This document shows positions 9,550 through 18,869 of a stretch of 64,000 nt of DNA, in pieces (position 1 is the stretch's first letter; the number at the start of each line of letters is the position of its first letter). Origin of the DNA: an uncultured delta proteobacterium (GTDB lineage: Bacteria > Desulfobacterota > RBG-13-43-22); the NCBI GenBank assembly GCA_963743305.1, contig CAVUPH010000013.1, positions 32,001 through 96,000 on the forward strand, written 5' to 3'. The notes under the pieces were generated by a model. It was not told the origin of the DNA and made no database searches. It saw nothing but the letters and a program-made list of their open reading frames with translations. A program made the translations under genes and the position numbers.

Positions 9550-10470
9550 TTAGAGGTGCTGGTAGTTGTCTTTCAGCCATCTCAAGTAGTAGCCAGTACT
9601 GAACAAGTAGTCCTCGTTGAGCTTTGCCTTTGCATCTATGAACGCGCATACGGCATATATCACTTCAGGTCTTGATTCCACCTGGAGTATTGAGTAGGAA
9701 AAAGCCAATTTCTCTTCGTCAGTCTCTTTCCCGTCTGACAGAAACTCCACAACATAAACAATCCTTCGGTCATGTGGAACTTTCGGATAGTTCTTGACGT
9801 ATTCAGCCCTCTTCCAATTTTCCATTTCGTTGAACCCATAGTACCTGGCATCTTTCCTACGATTGAGTCCCCAGTAATCCGAAGTTACCGCCTCGTAGTC
9901 TGCGCGCAGTTGACTAAGGATGGGTCTCAACTGTTTTTCGGCGATGACCCTAATTCTAGCGTTTGTACTATGGGACATGGCCCAGAGCTTCCTTAAGGCC
10001 CGGACATCATGAGACGCACTGATGGCAGCGACGCTGACATCAACCAGCAAGGAGAGATCATCCAACAATGCTTGAGTTGACGAAGCTACAGTTTGCGCCC
10101 TCAAGGCTTCCGTTGTTGCAGATTGAGCGATGCGCAGTGCATCTTTGGCCTTAATCTTTTCTTTTTCAGCCTCATCCAGATTCCTCTTGGTTAGATAGAC
10201 ATTTGCCGCCGAAATGCATACCAAGATAATCGAAATACATGTGGAGACAACCAGAAGAACCTGGCCAAAGTAGTTCCAGACCCATTTCTGATGACCTCTG
10301 CAGGTTGGGCAGACTCTTGCAGAACTAGAGATGGACGAAGAACACCAACGGCAAAGCGTTGAGCTGCTTGCTGAATGTTCGGCAATCTCCTGCGTTTCTG
10401 CAGAAGAGATCGCCGTCCCATCAGGCTCCGGATCGTCGTAAAGTAGTCCATTTCTATCTTCCTTACTCAC
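9550..10470 (-). CDS. hypothetical cassette protein: Zn-ribbon, TM helix, coiled coil, unknown C-terminal domain
   Basis: CRWC...CPTC, hydrophobic stretch, Ala-rich heptads. Starts just after an attC core GTTGGGC. Confidence 0.75.
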   Translation of the reverse strand: MSKEDRNGLLYDDPEPDGTAISSAETQEIAEHSASSSTLCRWCSSSISSSARVCPTCRGHQKWVWNYFGQVLLVVSTCISIILVCISAANVYLTKRNLDEAEKEKIKAKDALRIAQSATTEALRAQTVASSTQALLDDLSLLVDVSVAAISASHDVRALRKLWAMSHSTNARIRVIAEKQLRPILSQLRADYEAVTSDYWGLNRRKDARYYGFNEMENWKRAEYVKNYPKVPHDRRIVYVVEFLSDGKETDEEKLAFSYSILQVESRPEVIYAVCAFIDAKAKLNEDYLFSTGYYLRWLKDNYQHL

Positions 10471-10493
10471 TTCTCGTTTCCCCGTCTTCTATT

Positions 10494-10553
10494 GCCCAAC
10501 TGTTGAACTGTGCGGCGCGGCTTATTTGCGTCCTCTCCAGTGATTGTTTGGGT
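10494..10553 (-). mobile_element. integron attC site (degenerate), downstream of mrr
   Basis: Minus strand ACCCAAA-caatca-CTGGAGAGGACGC...GCGCCGCACAG-ttcaaca-GTTGGGC, 2 nt after the stop codon. Confidence 0.75.
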
Positions 10554-10555
10554 GA

Positions 10556-11419
10556 TCATTTCTTGTAGTCTTCGAAGAATTTCTCATCAATTTCGTAAGT
10601 TCGCACCGGGATAAGACCCAGTTCGAGACGTTCGAATATATCGACAAGATTGTCCCCATCTACAAGTTCGATAGGCGGGACCCCATCTCGCCGGGACTCT
10701 TTTTTTGCGTCAAGCGTGAATGTGCCCGTGGTTATGATCAGACCCTTATCGGCACGCCCCATCATCGCACCGCGAAAATCTCGAACATGCGAGGGAGTGA
10801 CGGCACCTTGATATCGTTTACACTGGAAGAGGACGTTGAAGCTCACGAAGGGATTCACTTGGAGAGTACCGACACCGTCAATGCCCCCATCACCGCTCTT
10901 TCCTGTAACAGACACGTGCTGAAACCCAGATTCCCGGAGCAGTCTCTGGCTAAGTCTTTCGAATCCGCTCGGGGACAATGACTTGATCAGTTCAAGGAGT
11001 GCTGTTCTGTAGTCCCTCTCTTCAGTTTTAACGGCCACCGGGTCATCTGCTTGCTGCGCTTCTTGCCTCTTTGTGTTCTTTAACTCGGCACGGCTGCTCT
11101 GGACGCTCTTGAATAGCTCAAGTTCTTTGAACGCGGAAAGGTTTATTGACCAACCCTTGTCCGTAAGGCCCCACACACCTCTCTTCGAGGAATCCAAATA
11201 ATTCGCCCAAACGAGATACTGGCGTGCCCAATGCACTTGGTTTTTCACTCGTGAGAGGCCGTTTTTGTTGACGGCTTCCTGTTCGGCCTCCGTAACCTCG
11301 GCAAGTTCCAAAGACCGGTCGACAATTTCCGAGGCCGTTCCGGACCCACCAGACTCCTTTAATACCTGTAGAATTGGTCGAAAGAAACGGATGAATTCCG
11401 GACCCTTTGCTTGTCTCAT
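10556..11419 (-). CDS. mrr: Mrr type IV restriction endonuclease
   Basis: Mrr_N domain (NQVHWARQYL...SKRGVW) and catalytic GKSGDGGIDG...FQCKRY...VRDFRGAM. Confidence 0.93.
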   Translation of the reverse strand: MRQAKGPEFIRFFRPILQVLKESGGSGTASEIVDRSLELAEVTEAEQEAVNKNGLSRVKNQVHWARQYLVWANYLDSSKRGVWGLTDKGWSINLSAFKELELFKSVQSSRAELKNTKRQEAQQADDPVAVKTEERDYRTALLELIKSLSPSGFERLSQRLLRESGFQHVSVTGKSGDGGIDGVGTLQVNPFVSFNVLFQCKRYQGAVTPSHVRDFRGAMMGRADKGLIITTGTFTLDAKKESRRDGVPPIELVDGDNLVDIFERLELGLIPVRTYEIDEKFFEDYKK

Positions 11420-11433
11420 ATCATCCTCTTGTC

Positions 11434-11498
11434 ACCCAAGACTAAGCTAAGCGGCGTGGCGACTTTTTGCCTCGTCCGTCTTGAGCGATCTGTTAGGC
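11434..11498 (-). mobile_element. integron attC site, at the 3' end of the DUF2442 gene
   Basis: Minus strand GCCTAAC-agatcg-CTCAAGACGGACG...CGCCGCTTAG-cttagtc-TTGGGT. The G of the GTT core is missing. Confidence 0.78.
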
Positions 11499-11749
11499 GC
11501 TGTTTTTCCATTGGTCCACAGTTCATATTCACTCAGGTCAATATCATCACTCCACGAAATACCATAACCTCCCGGATCGACGTGAACAGCATTGAAAAAA
11601 GCAGGGTTCGCAAGTAAGTGAAATTGCGGTCTGGAAAGGAGAGGACCACAATCATAGATTTTTTTAATTCCGCCCTCGAAAGTGACAAGTAGTAGCGCTT
11701 CTCCTATGGTTTTTACAGCTTTAATTTTTGGTATCTTTTCCATTTTCAA
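11447..11749 (-). CDS. DUF2442 domain protein
   Basis: LLVTFEGG..KIYD, FNAVHVDPGGYGISWSDDIDLSEYELW. Confidence 0.82.
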   Translation of the reverse strand: MKMEKIPKIKAVKTIGEALLLVTFEGGIKKIYDCGPLLSRPQFHLLANPAFFNAVHVDPGGYGISWSDDIDLSEYELWTNGKTAPNRSLKTDEAKSRHAA

Positions 11750-11874
11750 TGATCTGCTTTGATACGAGAATAAAGCCGAGATCCTCTCATTCCGGCGGCA
11801 TGGGAGCCGCCTCTGCTAAGAGGTATTCCCAAGCTATTCGCCCTACCCAGCAGAGTGGACTCCCGCTCCCGCGG

Positions 11875-12126
11875 TTTTCGCGTTTCGTGGGTGCTCAGAC
11901 GGGCATGGGATTTTAATACGAAAATTAAATCAAACCCCGCATTCAAGTCTTTGTTTTCGTCGTCATGCCGGGCTCGATCCGGCATCCAGGGCAATGGAGC
12001 TTAACCGGACTGGATTCCGGCTGGAGTTTACCCCGATCTTGAGGCGGGGCCAGAATGACTACCTTTTTCCTGACCAAGCTTTATTTCCATGATCCGCGAG
12101 TGCCCGCCCTGGGCATGGGGGTTCAA
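11875..12126. repeat. cluster of intergenic palindromic elements
   Basis: Two ATGCTTCGCG-hairpin motif copies (11875-11916, 12083-12126) flank a GTCATGCCGG..ATCCAG/CTGGATTCCGG..GAATGAC REP-like palindrome (11962-12059). Confidence 0.6.
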
Positions 12127-12196
12127 TCGGTCTTTAAATACGTCAGAGTTTGGATAATTGTTGTTTTTATACCCCGTATTTGGACCGGCCAATAAT

Positions 12197-12236
12197 AAAA
12201 AAGGGGCCAACCCCGCTTCGATGGGGTTGGCCCCTT
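12197..12236 (-). terminator. intrinsic terminator after tRNA-Pro
   Basis: AAGGGGCCAACCCC / GGGGTTGGCCCCTT stem followed by a T-run on the minus strand. Confidence 0.8.
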
Positions 12237-12244
12237 GATTTTTC

Positions 12245-12321
12245 TGGTCGGGACGACTGGATTTGAACCAGCGGCCCCCTGAACCCCATTCAGGTGCGCT
12301 ACCAGTCTGCGCCACGTCCCG
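12245..12321 (-). tRNA. tRNA-Pro(GGG)
   Basis: CGGGACGTGGCGCAGACTGGTAGCGCACCTGAATGGGGTTCAGG...GGTTCAAATCC...CCCGACCA; 77 nt with encoded CCA. Confidence 0.97.
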
Positions 12322-12415
12322 ATAACCAAAGAAGATAACACATTTTAATTTTTTCTGTCAAGTTTTTCTGAAAATAGTCCAATTATTAATGGGTTGCCAA
12401 GACGACGAAAGATCC

Positions 12416-12514
12416 GTCATTGCGACCCCGGACTGGATCCGGGGGAAGCAATCCCGTTCTTGGCAAGTGGCTGAATATTGGGGATTGCTTCGTCGCTTCA
12501 CTCCTCGCAATGAC
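12416..12514. repeat. REP-like palindrome (GTCATTGCGA family)
   Basis: GTCATTGCGA..GAAGCAATCCC / GGGATTGCTTC..CTCGCAATGAC. Confidence 0.85.
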
Positions 12515-12601
12515 AGGTTTAGGGGCTTAATGCGAGTTAATCAAAGACGTACTCCCCAAAGGTTCTTATGGGCCGGACCGGAAATCTCCGGTGAACCGAA
12601 C

Positions 12602-14262
12602 CTATTGTTTCAGAACAGTGGGGAAAAACAAGGAGGAAACACACCCCGGCGCCCGGAAGGCCCCAATGCGGGAATTCCATTGAGAGGGACTGGTGGCGTT
12701 ATAGTACTCTCCGGTGTACCAGAAGGTGCAGTTATCCACCGGATCCACGGTCATAGCGCTGTAATCCCCCCAACGGTTGCTTCCTGTTTGCACTCCGCCC
12801 CCGGCTACCAGGACGGCTTCGCTTCCCAGGACCCCTGGCAGGTCGGATTCCCGGCGGGTGGTATAGCGCAGGTCCGGGAAGATAGTCGATCCGGAAACGC
12901 TATAGCCCAGGGCGATATTTCCGGAACCGTCCAGGGCGATGCTGCCCATAAAGCGGTGGAGGCTGTCCGGGGCAAAGGTCCCTTCCTGGTACAGGAACCA
13001 ATCCCCGGTGGTCCGACGCAGCTCAAACCAACGGATCCCGGCCTGGCCGCCGCCGGCATCCACCGTAAAATTGCCCACCAGGGCTTCGTGGGAGGCGAAG
13101 CGGCGATAAGGCAGCCGCCACATGGGCCATTCGGAGACCGCGTCCACGAGCGATCCGGGGGCCCTTGGGGGATGCAGTCTTGAATGAAGAATCCGCAGAC
13201 CGTATATTTGAAATCGGCAATCGGCAGGATCAGCGGGGCTGAAAAGGTCGAGTTCGCGGTATTGACCCAGTCGGCATGGAAAGAACGAAGTTCCAGACGG
13301 TTGGTGGTGACCCCGTGAGCCGGGAAGTCTTTATTTTTAAAGGTATAAAAATGGCCCGGGGCATTGGCGGGAGGGGGGATCTTTCCATCCACGGTGGCCG
13401 GCATCAAAAAGTTCGTTTCTCCGGTAAAGCGGATGAACTGGGCCGCTTGGCCCAGGAGCATCTTGTCGCGCTCCAGGGCATAGGCGCTGTAGGTCGTTTC
13501 GTTGGCGCTTACATAGTAGGCGTCGGGCCAGACTCCCAGTTTAAAATAATCCGGGCCTTCCGGGAAGGTAAATTCATAAAGATGATAGGCTCCGGTCGGG
13601 TCCGAAGTTCGCGAGACGGCCACACACAACCCGAAGGGCGCGGTTAATCTGAACTGGGCCAGGACCCAGCGGTCAGCCAGGGCGTCGAAGACCACCACCG
13701 GATCTCCGTCATTCGCGGCGGCGCACAGGCCTCCGGCCAGGCTCCACAAATCCTTAAAAAGGGTGGGAGCCTTGATGCGATTCCCCTTTTTGTCGTAGAT
13801 GCTGAAGTAGGTGTCATTGGTCATCTGGACATAGTGGCGAGGTCCCACCGCGCCTATGGGGTCCGGCGGGGTCACTGTGCCCAAGTTTCCAATCCCCTCT
13901 ACCGAAACCTGAGGAGGCGGGGTGAGCTGCAAAAGGAGAGAGGCCTTTTGCCGGACGGGATCATCCGCCGGGGCGGGTGGCGATAAGGCGCCGGTTAAAT
14001 CCGGACGGGGGTTGCGGCGAGGGGGCCGATCTTTTCCCGGGAGGCTGCCGATCCGGTCGGGCAAATCCCGAACCGCCGGACTCAACGCCGGATTTGACGA
14101 GACCCCCACCCAGGGCCCGGAAATTTGGGATGGGGTGATTTGATCTCCGGGATTAGTCTGGGCCTGGGAAAAACCGGATAGCGAGGTCAGGAGCAGGACT
14201 GAGATAAAGATTACCGGAAACCCGCCGTGAGGTTGGCTTGCTTTGTCTGAAAAGAACTTCAT
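12602..14262 (-). CDS. secreted beta-rich hypothetical protein; frameshift near 13158
   Basis: Signal peptide, then PPDP.GAVGPRHYVQM, GDPVVVFD..ADRW and RWGDYSAMTVDP motifs split across two ORFs. C-terminal LFFPTVLKQ. Confidence 0.78.
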
Positions 14263-14523
14263 GGCTCTTCACCAATCTTCCGCGGAGCGATGCGCAGGAT
14301 CAAACAGCTTATTCAATGTGAGGTTCCGTACTCGTACACGTACTCATACACGCTAATCTTCCCTGCAATAACCTGGATATATAATATTCTAGTTTAATCA
14401 TAGCATAAAGCAAGAGGAAGAAAGAATAAAGACGAAATTCTTGACCTTGACAGGAAGGGCCTTGGCTTTTATAGTGATCCGGCAAATAATGTGGGTCATG
14501 GAGTTTTCCTTGAACCAGAGACC

Positions 14524-14610
14524 CAGATCCTTCGCGGAGTTATTCCTGAGCCGTGAAACGAGATCCTTCGCGGAGTTATCCCGCCGCCGGCGGGGCTCAG
14601 GATGACAGAC
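14524..14610. repeat. REP-like element (AGATCCTTCGCGGAGTT tandem units ending CTCAGGATGACA)
   Basis: Direct repeat AGATCCTTCGCGGAGTTAT x2; related to the reverse complement of 38378-38520. Confidence 0.65.
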
Positions 14611-14640
14611 GAAGAGTTTTTAATTTGATCATTTGAATTT

Positions 14641-14784
14641 TGATGACCTCGCAAAAAGTCCAAAATCTGTCATTGCGAGCGAAGCGAAGCAATCCCCACC
14701 ATGGTAACTAGATGATTCTTGGGGATTGCTTCGTCGCTTCACTCCTCGCAATGACAGCGCTGGGGCCTTTTTGCGAAACCATCA
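14641..14784. mobile_element. MITE-like element with GTCATTGCGA palindrome cargo
   Basis: TGATGACCTCGCAAAAAGTC ... CTTTTTGCGAAACCATCA flanked by ATTT/ATTT. Cargo is nearly identical to 283-369. Confidence 0.72.
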
Positions 14785-14882
14785 ATTTTGGACCTTCGTG
14801 CTTTTTTCGGATTTCGTGCTTCGAATTTCTAAATTATAGGTCCTCTTGTTCAAAGGGCAGAGATACATTTTCAGACTTAGGG

Positions 14883-15917
14883 GTGCCGGAGAGTTTGAAC
14901 CAGACCAAATCCGCCCAGGAGAATTTAATAAAGGGAGTTTTAAACCAAGACCTGTGCAGCGCCTGCGGGGCCTGCGTCGGACTGTGCCCTTATTTTACCT
15001 TTTTCCGGGGGCGGGTGGTGGTCGTGGATCGTTGCAGTCTGGCCGAGGGGCGCTGCGGCGCTTATTGCCCGCAACTAAATCCCGGGGATTGGATGAAGCA
15101 GGAGGGGTTGGGTCCGGTTCAGGAGCAGTGGATGGCCCGGGCCCAGACCAGGTCCCTGCAACGAAAGGGGCAGTACGGGGGTACGGTCACCACCCTGATC
15201 CAATTGGCCCTGGAATTGGGCTGGATCCAGGGGGCCCTGTTGACCGGGACCGGAAAGGGCGGGGAGCCCGAAGGGCGGATCTGCCGGACCCGGGCCGAGG
15301 TCCTGGCCTGCGCCGGGTCCAAGTATACCGGGGCCGGCACGCTATCGGCCCTCAAGCCGGCCCTCGAGGCCAATGAGGGGATGCTGGGAGCGGTGGGCTT
15401 GCCCTGCCAGATTACGGCCCTGAACAATATTCACGGCTATCTCACCCGGCAAGGGAGACCTTCTTCGGAGGCGATTTTAAAGATCGGACTTTTTTGCACC
15501 TGGTCTCTGCCTTTGAAAAAACTGCAAGAAAAACTCACGAAGCAGGGGATTCATGATCCGGCGGTTAAATACGACATTCCCCCGCCCCCGGCGGAGGAAT
15601 TCCAGGTTTTCACCCGGAAAAAGATCTATACGCTCCCTTTGACCGAGATCCGGCCCCTGGTCCCCCGGGGCTGTCTGGCCTGCGGGGATATGACCGCCGA
15701 GGGGGCGGATCTTTCCGTCGGTTCAGCCGAAGGGGTGGCGGGCTGGAATACGGTCCTGGTCCGTTCGGAAAAAGGGCGGCAACTCTTCCAGGAGGCCCAA
15801 TCCAAAAATCTACTTGAAGTCAAACCGCTGCCGGAAACCAATGAAGGCCATCTGCGGACGGCGGCCGGGTTGAAGAAATCCAGGGCCCGCGCGCTGAGGG
15901 AGGAAATCCTTGTCTGA
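14883..15917 (+). CDS. FrhB/FdhB family (F420 hydrogenase/dehydrogenase beta-subunit-like) Fe-S protein
   Basis: CSACGACVGLCP, QYGGTVT, AGSKY, VGLPCQ, IGLFC, C..C.D.TAE.ADLSVG. Confidence 0.88.
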   Translation: MPESLNQTKSAQENLIKGVLNQDLCSACGACVGLCPYFTFFRGRVVVVDRCSLAEGRCGAYCPQLNPGDWMKQEGLGPVQEQWMARAQTRSLQRKGQYGGTVTTLIQLALELGWIQGALLTGTGKGGEPEGRICRTRAEVLACAGSKYTGAGTLSALKPALEANEGMLGAVGLPCQITALNNIHGYLTRQGRPSSEAILKIGLFCTWSLPLKKLQEKLTKQGIHDPAVKYDIPPPPAEEFQVFTRKKIYTLPLTEIRPLVPRGCLACGDMTAEGADLSVGSAEGVAGWNTVLVRSEKGRQLFQEAQSKNLLEVKPLPETNEGHLRTAAGLKKSRARALREEILV

Positions 15918-17808
15918 AATCCCGGATCAACTGTTGATGGGCAATGAGGCCATCGCCCGAGGGGCCCTGGAGGCCGGGATCTCCTTCGCGGCCGGTTACC
16001 CCGGCAACCCCTCCTCCGAGATCATCGAGACCTTGGCCCAGGAAGTGAAAAACCACCGGCTCTACGTGGAGTGGTCCATCAACGAGAAGGTGGCCCTGGA
16101 GGCAGCGGCGGCCGCCTCCTTTGCCGGATTGCGGGCCCTGGCCACCATGAAGCAGAACGGGGTCAACGTGGCCTCGGACTTCATCACCAACCTGACTCTC
16201 TCCGGGACCGGGGCCGGTCTGGTGCTGGTGACCTGCGACGACCCCTCGGGTCTTTCCAGCACCAATGAGCAGGACGCCCGGTTCATTGCCCGGTTGGCCG
16301 ATCTGCCGCTCCTGGAGCCCTCCTCCCCCCAGGAGGCCCTGGAGATGACCCGCTTCGCCTTTGACCTGTCGGAATCCATTCACAACCTGGTGGTCCTGCG
16401 CAGCGTTTCCCGCCTCTCCCACACTCGCCGGAATTGCCGGGTAGGGGAATTGCAGCGGGAGGATCCCCGGCCGGTGGTTGATCTGAATAAATTATTCCAT
16501 ACCTTCCCGGTCATGGCCAGGCACCAGGTCATGCATGACAAACTCAGACAAGCGGCGGAGGCCGGGGCGCAGTCCCCCTTTAACCGCTATGAGGGGCCGG
16601 ACCGCCCCGAACTGCTGATCGTTACCTGCGGTTCCGGGTGGGATTACAGCCGCGAAGCCGTGGAACTGCTGGGCGTCGGCGACCGGGTCGGGGTGGCTAA
16701 GGTGGGAATGACCTGGCCGTTGCCGGTCGGTTGGCTGAGGCCTTATCTGGAGCAGGCGGGTAAACTCTTGTTCATCGAGGAAGTGGACCCCTTCCTGGAA
16801 GCGGGGGTCAAGGAATGGGCGGCCCAGATCGGCCCGGAAATCGGGACCCGGGCGTTTTACGGTAAGGAGAGCGGCCATATTCCCCAGTGGGGGGAACAGA
16901 CCCCGGACCGGGTGATCGAGGCCTTAACGAAAATCCTCGGCCTGGACTATCAGTCCCGGGTGCCGGATTATCAGGAAAAGATTTCCACGCTGGTTCAGGA
17001 GATGGTGCCGCCCCGGGAATTCGGTTTCTGTCCCGGGTGCCCGCATCGGGCCACCTACTGGGCCGTCAAAAACGCCCTGCAGCTTGACGGACGCGACGGC
17101 TTCGTAGCCGGGGACATCGGCTGTTACACCATGGCTATCGGGCCCACGGGTTTCAATCAGATTAAATCCGTTCATGCCATGGGCTCCGGCCTGGGCTTGC
17201 TTTCCGGATACGGTCAGTTGGGTCCCTTTGGTTTTTCCCAGCCGGTGATCTCGGTGGTCGGCGATTCGACCTTTTTTCACGCGGCCATTCCGGCCTTGAT
17301 CAACCTGGTCCATAACCGGGCCAGGGCGCTCATTCTGGTTCTGGACAATCGGGCCACGGCCATGACCGGATTCCAGCCCCATCCGGGTCTGGAGACCAAT
17401 GTTCTGGGTCAGGCGGTACCTTCCATCCCGGTGGAAAACCTGTGCGCTTCCCTGGGTTTGCCGGTGACCGTTTTGGATCCCTATGACCTGGAGGGGACCA
17501 GCGAACAAATTTTTCAGGCTCTGCAGGAAACCGAGGGGGTGCGGGTCCTGATCCTGCGCCGTGCCTGCGCCCTGGTTCAGGGCCGGGAGGGGGGGTACCC
17601 GTTTCGGATGCGGGTCAATGTCGACCGCTGTCTGGGAGACGCCTGCGGCTGCAACCGCTACTGCTCCCGCGTCTTTCGCTGCCCGGGATTAATCTGGGAT
17701 GAAAAATCGGGCCGGGCCGGGATCGATGAGGTTATTTGCGTGGGCTGCGGGTTCTGTACCCAGGTTTGCCCCCAACAGGCGATTGAAAAAGAGGAGCGGC
17801 AGGTTTGA
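15910..17808 (+). CDS. iorA: indolepyruvate:ferredoxin oxidoreductase alpha subunit
   Basis: MGNEAIARG, GYPG.PSSEI, NEKVALE, CPGCPHR, GDIGC, GDSTFFH, C-terminal ferredoxin. Confidence 0.93.
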   Translation: MSEIPDQLLMGNEAIARGALEAGISFAAGYPGNPSSEIIETLAQEVKNHRLYVEWSINEKVALEAAAAASFAGLRALATMKQNGVNVASDFITNLTLSGTGAGLVLVTCDDPSGLSSTNEQDARFIARLADLPLLEPSSPQEALEMTRFAFDLSESIHNLVVLRSVSRLSHTRRNCRVGELQREDPRPVVDLNKLFHTFPVMARHQVMHDKLRQAAEAGAQSPFNRYEGPDRPELLIVTCGSGWDYSREAVELLGVGDRVGVAKVGMTWPLPVGWLRPYLEQAGKLLFIEEVDPFLEAGVKEWAAQIGPEIGTRAFYGKESGHIPQWGEQTPDRVIEALTKILGLDYQSRVPDYQEKISTLVQEMVPPREFGFCPGCPHRATYWAVKNALQLDGRDGFVAGDIGCYTMAIGPTGFNQIKSVHAMGSGLGLLSGYGQLGPFGFSQPVISVVGDSTFFHAAIPALINLVHNRARALILVLDNRATAMTGFQPHPGLETNVLGQAVPSIPVENLCASLGLPVTVLDPYDLEGTSEQIFQALQETEGVRVLILRRACALVQGREGGYPFRMRVNVDRCLGDACGCNRYCSRVFRCPGLIWDEKSGRAGIDEVICVGCGFCTQVCPQQAIEKEERQV

Positions 17809-17962
17809 TGGACTCGCAGAAAGTCCATCGACAACCCGAGCGCGGTTAAGCGCCGGGTTGGGGTGAGGGTGGGACCATTTGAATTCACTTCAAATGGCGG
17901 GGGAGGGGAAACCCTTCCCCGCCGAGCAGCAAGTCGGTTTTTGACTTTTTGCGAGGTTATCA
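17806..17962. mobile_element. MITE-like element between iorA and iorB, with different hairpin cargo
   Basis: TGATGGACTCGCAGAAAGTC ... GACTTTTTGCGAGGTTATCA. Its first three bases are the iorA stop codon. Confidence 0.65.
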
Positions 17963-17968
17963 AATTTC

Positions 17969-18589
17969 ATGATCCCAGACCTGTTCAAGGAACCGATCAA
18001 TCTGATTATCACCGGAGTGGGGGGGCAGGGTAATGTGCTGGCTTCCCAGGTGCTGGGCCGAATGCTGATCCGCAAAGGGCTGCTGGTAACCATCGGGGAG
18101 ACCTATGGGCTCTCCCAGCGGGGTGGGGCGGTCATGAGCCAGGTCCGAATTTCGGCCCGCAAAACCTATGGACCCATGATTCCCCGGGGTCAGGCCGATC
18201 TGGTCGCCGGTCTGGAACCCCTGGAGGTGCTTCGTACCCTGGGGCCTTACGGGCGTCCGGATATCCAGGTTTTGACCAACGACCGTCCGATTTACCCGAT
18301 CAACGTGCTCAGCGGGAGCTCGGTCTATCCGGGGACGGATAAAATCCATCAGACCCTGGAGGGTCTGGCCCGAAAGGTCTGGTGGCTGCCGATTACCCGG
18401 GAGGCCCTGCAATTGGGCCAGGCCATCCTGGCCAATATGGTCATGGTCGGCGCCCTGATCGGGACCGGTCTCTTGCCGCTGACGGCGGAAGACTTCACCC
18501 CCCTGGCCCAAAGCCTCTGGGATACCCAGCGGGCGGATTTGAATATCCGGGCCATTGAAAAAGGGGTTCAACTGGTTCGAGGCGTATGA
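17969..18589 (+). CDS. iorB: indolepyruvate oxidoreductase beta subunit
   Basis: GVGGQGNVLAS, ETYGLSQRGGAVMSQVRI. Confidence 0.92.
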   Translation: MIPDLFKEPINLIITGVGGQGNVLASQVLGRMLIRKGLLVTIGETYGLSQRGGAVMSQVRISARKTYGPMIPRGQADLVAGLEPLEVLRTLGPYGRPDIQVLTNDRPIYPINVLSGSSVYPGTDKIHQTLEGLARKVWWLPITREALQLGQAILANMVMVGALIGTGLLPLTAEDFTPLAQSLWDTQRADLNIRAIEKGVQLVRGV

Positions 18590-18828
18590 GCGAAAACACC
18601 TCCAGAGCGGGTTCCGTGATCATCTACGGCCGGGACGGCTGACCGTTCACCCGAAAGGCCCTGGAGGCCTACCGACAAAAGGAATGGCCCATAGAATTTC
18701 ATAACCCGGCACTGGAAAAAGAGTTTCTGGAGGAATTCCTCCGGATCTCGCCCGAGCGAAAAATTCCGGTGATCGTGGAGGGGAATCAGGTGCGCATCGG
18801 TTTTGAGGGCGCCTGAAAGCTGCGCTGA
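18586..18828 (+). CDS. glutaredoxin-like double selenoprotein (UXX-star family-like), 80 aa
   Basis: MSENTSRAGSVIIYGRDG-U-PFTRKALEAY...RKIPVIVEGNQVRIGFEGA-U-KLR*. In-frame TGA at 18640 and 18814; ATGA overlap with iorB. Confidence 0.85.
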
Positions 18829-18869
18829 TCCGGCCGGTTCGGGCCGCGACTGATTTTGAATGAAGGCCA

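Noticed and set aside
7200-12245. Integrative element or prophage at tRNA-Pro
   Set aside because: I found no integrase and no duplicated tRNA 3' end, so it is described only as an islet.
12028-12341. ORFs overlapping tRNA-Pro (also 43521-43718 at tRNA-Arg, and ORFs across the palindromes at 196-591)
   Set aside because: Spurious translations of RNA genes and repeats.
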